DNA of 39,040 nt from Phoronis australis (taxonomy: Eukaryota; Animalia; Phoronida), in the NCBI GenBank assembly GCA_002633005.1, contig NMRA01000161.1:377975-417014 (forward strand), given 5' to 3'. The first letter of the stretch is position 1, and the number at the start of each line of letters is the position of its first letter. The notes under the pieces are model-generated. The model searched no databases. It was not told the origin of the DNA and saw only the letters and a list, made by a program, of their open reading frames with translations. The position numbers and the translations under genes were made by a program. Shown piece after piece: positions 33,858-39,040 of this stretch.

Positions 33858-35092
33858 GTAAATTCAATCTATTTCAACAGCTTTAGACATCTTTCCGCGG
33901 CAGCTAAGTTTTCATAATCTTTCAAAGGATTTTCAAGCTCAACTTTTTGCTCTGTCATCTGAAGCAAGTCATCAAATCAATTATTTGATATCCACGGTCA
34001 CGGACCAAAAGTGCAACTAAGTTGCAAGTATTACCAAATATTTTCATCCGATTAATGAGTCAAATATCAAGCGAATTTCGTGGCACACAACTGAGAACTT
34101 AAATTGAACGTGTTCGACCAGCAATCACTGCCGTAATCTTTAGAATGATGGTTAGGTGGACTTGCAGGCACATGATGAAGTTGCCGCCTTGGTCCACGTG
34201 ATAACGATTACATGAATGTCAGAAAGGGGGTTATGACCTACACCATGATTTATGACCATGTTACCCGCTCTCTTGATAAATAGGCATTCGCGTATCTAGC
34301 CAAACGTAGGCTAAGGGATGCGAAAAAACGAGTTATCCAAATTTATGCAAACGTTACAGTCAGCGCCATGCTGCGGCTTGGGCACAAGGCTGAGTATGTA
34401 CATGTCCAGTGGGCTTAGACGATGATTTTTTCCTGAAAATACATCCATGACGCCCATTGGGGGGAACATTTGCGTAAAATTAGTAAACAAACAGCTAAAT
34501 AACAGTGCAGTCATTAGTCCACGGATTAAAACTAGATAAATTGCAACTCGTGACAGGCAGTTGCATTTTTAAGGGAAAACAGTCGGATTAAAATTCTGCT
34601 GAGCTAAGAAACAACACACTTAAACCAAATGGACCAAACCTACAAAAACTCATTAAACGTAAGCGCCATGAGCATTATCCGTGGCCGGTCATTACACAGG
34701 TGCTGTGTTTCTTGGCTACAAGTAGGGACTATGCTCAACTTCAAAGGCAAAACAGTGGGACACTTGAGAGTCATTACGCCCTTGGTATACAGTACAACAA
34801 TAATACAAATGGCCCAACCCCAGCTGAAACTCGTGACTTCAATGACTAAAGCAGCATAGCTTATAGTCTTCTGTTGCACCTAGAGGCTTGCCGCCAGGGA
34901 ACTGCAGCACATTCAAAATTCATGTCACCCCGCAATAGGGACAGAATGATTTCATTATAGCAAAGCAAAGCTAAAAGCTGGCCTCGCTCAAACAGTTATA
35001 ACTCAGCGTTGGTGCACGCAATTAAGTTCTTGGCCAATCAAAGAATGAATGTTTGCGTGTTCCTCTAGCCTTGTCCACGCTAAAAAAACCGA

Positions 35093-35304
35093 GAGGAGGC
35101 AGTGTGGCCTGGTTGATAAGTGCCCGCTTTCATTACTCGAGGTCGTGGGTACGAGTCCCACCAGGTCACACTGCTAAACCCTTGAGCCAGGCTTCTAGCT
35201 CCTTCGCTCGGTTTTAACAATATCATAATAAAGCATAAAAATACTTCCAGGTGATCAGTGCAATGACAGCCCACATGCGAGGCCTGCGCACGTCTGGTAC
35301 AGCG
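35093..35304 (+). mobile_element. tRNA-derived SINE
   Basis: GAGGCAGTGTGGCCTGGTTGATAAG (A-box-like), GGTACGAGTCC (B-box-like), then CCCTTGAGCCAGGC; homologous to the inverted copy at 21204-21405. Confidence 0.75.
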
Positions 35305-38300
35305 TGTATCAGACCGCCTGCAATTATTTTTTTATTAAAAAAGACACCGATATTTGTAGACGTTTACGCGAACCGTACCTTAAGCAAATAACCAATTTTT
35401 GTTTAGACCTGTCTTAAGAAAACATTTTTTTGAGTATTCTAATTCGGAACATGCTGGGACCAGTAAAAAACTCGCTGTCTAGGAAAGAATTTGTGGTACC
35501 TCCTCTGTTAATGAGTATTTTCAGGAGCATTAAAAGTTAAGCATATCTGATGCTGAAACATAACGAATAGCCTAACATATACAAAACTGGAGTGCTAATA
35601 ATCAATGCGTACTACACTACAGGAAAAATAAGTTAAAGCAGGACACCGTTCATATGACTAGTGACGTAGGGAACGTGGTACTTCGTACCTAAGTCGACGT
35701 GTACCAATATCGATATTTCAGAACTTTTACATGTTGTAAGGCAATTATCCGAATCAGAAAATCGTGTCGCATTGATGAAGAATGATTGACTGTTCTATTT
35801 AGTTTAGTAAATGAAAATCTTATTTGGGGATAAAGCAATATACTATGTCTTGATATGCAGAAAATATATTACAGGTATGTTTGGGCTTCTGCTGAACGCC
35901 CGGGTTTGAAATAATTAAACGGTAAACCACGCTCACACTGTATAAGAGAGATTTCTTTCTGGATCATGGGCAAGACAGTTGGCATTGTTGCAGTCTGTAA
36001 TACTACTGTTTTCGGGTATTTCTTGGCGGAATTCCGTCACCAGAGGTAGCCTGGAATGCAATGACCAACAAATTGGCTGTCACCAACAACTCTGCTCTCC
36101 GCAACCATATCATGGGTTTAGATTGGTATGATGTCAAATTCTTGCCTATGATACCGAAACGAAAACACGGCCGGTAGACCCTCGAAAGCCTATTTACCCT
36201 AGGAAAGTGGGCGACAGGCTAGAGAACTTTAAAAATGTCTGAACTACATAATTCAGCAGTTTAATATGAATTTCAAAGTATAATGGTTGGTTACTAGCAT
36301 CCACATATTCCTAAATAGTGCACAGTATTTTTCTTTTTTACTTTGAACAATAAAAATTTATTAGTTCCGTAAAGCCCCACTACAAGCGCTGTTTTTCGTG
36401 ACGTCCCTGAGGCTGTGCAGATATAAGTCATTAGCCGTGCGAGTACGTAGTCCAGTGGACAGATCATTATGTGCATACTCATCTTGCCCGCTGGAGCCAT
36501 TTAACGTAAAAAAATCTAGTGAACGTTATTTTATTTCATAATTCTCAGGCTTTTGTAATAAAGAACACAGTACGCTCAACACACGCTATTTCCTAAAATT
36601 TTGCGACATCTGTCGGGAAATGATAACAACTTCGCTGTAGCAAATTTTTTAATGAAATTCGGTTTCCTGGTATTAAAATACTAAAAACTTGTAAGGAAAT
36701 TAAGTCAGCTCTAGTTACTTGTTGTGACATGTACACAACTTCGAAGAACAGTTCGATGGCTTGGAAGAAGAACAACTCGGGGAACGAAACTGGCCAATAA
36801 GGCAACAGGTGACGTCGCCGAAAGCCGACCTTAAAGAGCGCACCCTAATTCAAGTTAGCAGCTGAGAGTGAACGGCAGATGAACGCCAATTTTTTCAACA
36901 CCAGACAATAATTTAGTTTACTCAAGGAAGAATGTAATTTTTAATGACACTAATTTTGTGTCAGATTTTATTTGATCATTTAGTTTACCCACATCGGTGC
37001 AACAGCCGTTGTATGTTTTCTGTTCAGCTTGTACCATGGCAAGGCTACGGAGTCGGGGCCCTTTCCTGGTTCGTGGCGAGAGCGGCATCGTTCCACTACT
37101 AGTCAACAATACACTGCAGTAAACTTATATTATGAACTTTTGAGAACCGAGATCGTAGACGAATTATACCGATTAAGCACAGTTCTGTAGCCGAGAGGCA
37201 TTCACCCAATGAGCTATATGCATCTAAGCTTGATTTATCTTCACCCACGGGGCAGCCTCAGTGACGTCAAAGGCTCGTTAGCCAATAGGAATTGATATTG
37301 GAAAAACGCTTTTTTACATAAAATGTGGAAGAGTAACAAAGATGTGATTTCTGACATAGTCTTTATTCATTAATTAAGTTATATTAAAAATGCATGTTAT
37401 TCTACTTCACCGGGAAGCTTTTCACATAGGTCCCCTCCTCTTTTTGATATTAATGGCATCGTATTACGTTCCCCAATGGGGAAGCTTCATCACGTGACTC
37501 CAAGTCCGCCCTAACCACGATGGCTAAAAATGGCGGTACTCATCGACGGTTGACAATGTTTAGTTTTAATTGCAATGCATGGAATTCGCTTTAAGTCTTC
37601 AGAAAGTTAAGATAGCGTCGCATTACAGAATGATGATCTCCTCTTCAACGCACAAACCTATAAACTCCAGGGATAACTTACCAAGCTAAGTTACGGTCTT
37701 TTTTTAATACGCGGAGAGATGATCTGAAGAACGAAATGTTCTTCTCTATTAACACCTCAATGAACGCAATCTCCGGAAAATGTGATACCAACTAGCTTGT
37801 GTCACCTGAATACAAAATAAGCAAGTGGCACATGTTTATAGGCACGTCTACATTTGCTATCAGCTGCCATTTTCAATATTTGAAGTCAATGTTGATCGAC
37901 TGAAACACTGCATACCAAGAATATATCAAATATCTTGTTACTAGGTATGCAGCGGTATTTGACATATTAACTCATTTATTACATGTGTTGTAACTCAAAG
38001 CGCGTTAACAATGATACCAGATGTACCAGCTCGCTTACATATCAACAGTCAAATGGTTTTTGTTAGACGCAAAAAGCTGCTATACAGTTCCTTAAAGACA
38101 TGATTGGAAACCTTCCGTTCAGCAGTAATTAGGCAATGCTTCTTTACATCAACAGGTGTCGCCGTCTGCCCTTGACATGTAAAACTTGATCTAAGCTCCT
38201 ATTGTTTGGTTCGCAGCCGTTATCGCATTAAGGATGCATGTAGGGTTATAAAATACTGGTTGAAATAAATTGAAATTGGTTGCTTTTTAACGTGCTTGGG

Positions 38301-38938
38301 TTCTGAAATTGAATTACTCGTGAAAAGTTAGCGCAGAATCTTTCTTTCGCGGAAGAGACATGACAAAAAATGCCAAACCGCTGTGATGGGTTATTATTTC
38401 TTGACAACAGTTTAGATATTGGTTACATTATATTTAGCGTGATAGGTAATTGGCGTTTGCCTCCTGACATTCGACGAAAAAACGAGCCTGGCGCAGACCC
38501 AGTATGTTTAATGAAAGTGACTTCGAGACTTAAGAGTTTTGCTCTTACCGACGGCGCTGGCACCTCACAATTGCTGAAAAATGTTTAGTCGAGTAATTAT
38601 GGACATCACAGCCTGCAAATAATTTTTATATTTTTTCGTTGTCTCAGAAACTAGCAATTATGCATATATTGCCACTTTCTGTGATACAGAAAAATGGTCT
38701 CAACTGAACAATACTAACGAACTTGTCAGTTTCCAGCTAAGACCAAAGTTTCGTAACTATAAACGGTCAAAGTAAAAGAACGTCGTTTTGACGAAAGGTG
38801 GATGTACATCAGCTTCTGAAAAAGTGGAATCTAAACTATTTTAGTTGGATCGGCTGTACCCACTCAGCTGCAGCCTCATAACGCAGTCAAGGGGAACAGG
38901 TTCCGTTATTTGCTAATGGTATCATGTGACTGTTTCAG

Positions 38939-38980
38939 AATCCCCTACGGATATACTCACTACTTCGACAAGATCCATTG
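38939..38980 (+). CDS. 42-nt Ser/Thr-rich exon of the paralog (phase 1/1); gene continues beyond window
   Basis: tgtttcag|AA TCC CCT ACG...ATT G|gtaagt gives (E)SPTDILTTSTRSI. Preceded by intron DNA homologous to that before the 4158 and 9737 exons. Confidence 0.65.
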
Positions 38981-39040
38981 GTAAGTTTTTGTTAAGGGTT
39001 ACTGAAAAATGCTATTGTAAACTGTTCTGAATACCGCACC

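Noticed and set aside
33637-33867. Minus-strand 76-aa ORF with similarity to minus-strand reads at ~2400 and ~11250
   Set aside because: Antisense of the conserved 81-nt plus-strand exon, which has proper splice sites.
36047-36221. Possible MITE bounded by TAGCCTG...CAGGCTA
   Set aside because: Only a 7-bp inverted match, no clear TSD and no second copy.

Overview
AT-rich, intron-rich animal genomic DNA, probably from a marine invertebrate (inferred from frequent TACATGTA motifs and the repeat content). The supplied ORF track is mostly noise because the real genes are spliced. The + strand carries most of a DMBT1/uromodulin-like gene, ~2383-24082. Its parts are a Ser/Thr-rich exon, one 6-Cys (group A) SRCR domain split over two exons, a run of duplicated 69-nt and 81-nt phase-1/1 Thr/Ser-rich 'stalk' exons, a complete 10-Cys ZP module with an RTKR furin site, and a terminal exon resembling a GPI-anchor signal. 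The start of a tandem paralog follows: a signal-peptide exon at 33149 and Ser/Thr exons at 33777 and 38939. Bases 1-929 are one end of a Kolobok-like DNA transposon with a THAP-domain ORF carrying one nonsense codon. It sits in a TTAA whose empty form is visible in a local duplicate at 6141. Introns and intergenic DNA hold kb-scale local duplications, older THAP/TTAA relics, a foldback-type element, two copies of an asymmetric hairpin-ended element and tRNA-derived SINEs. All exon calls are manual and need transcript confirmation.
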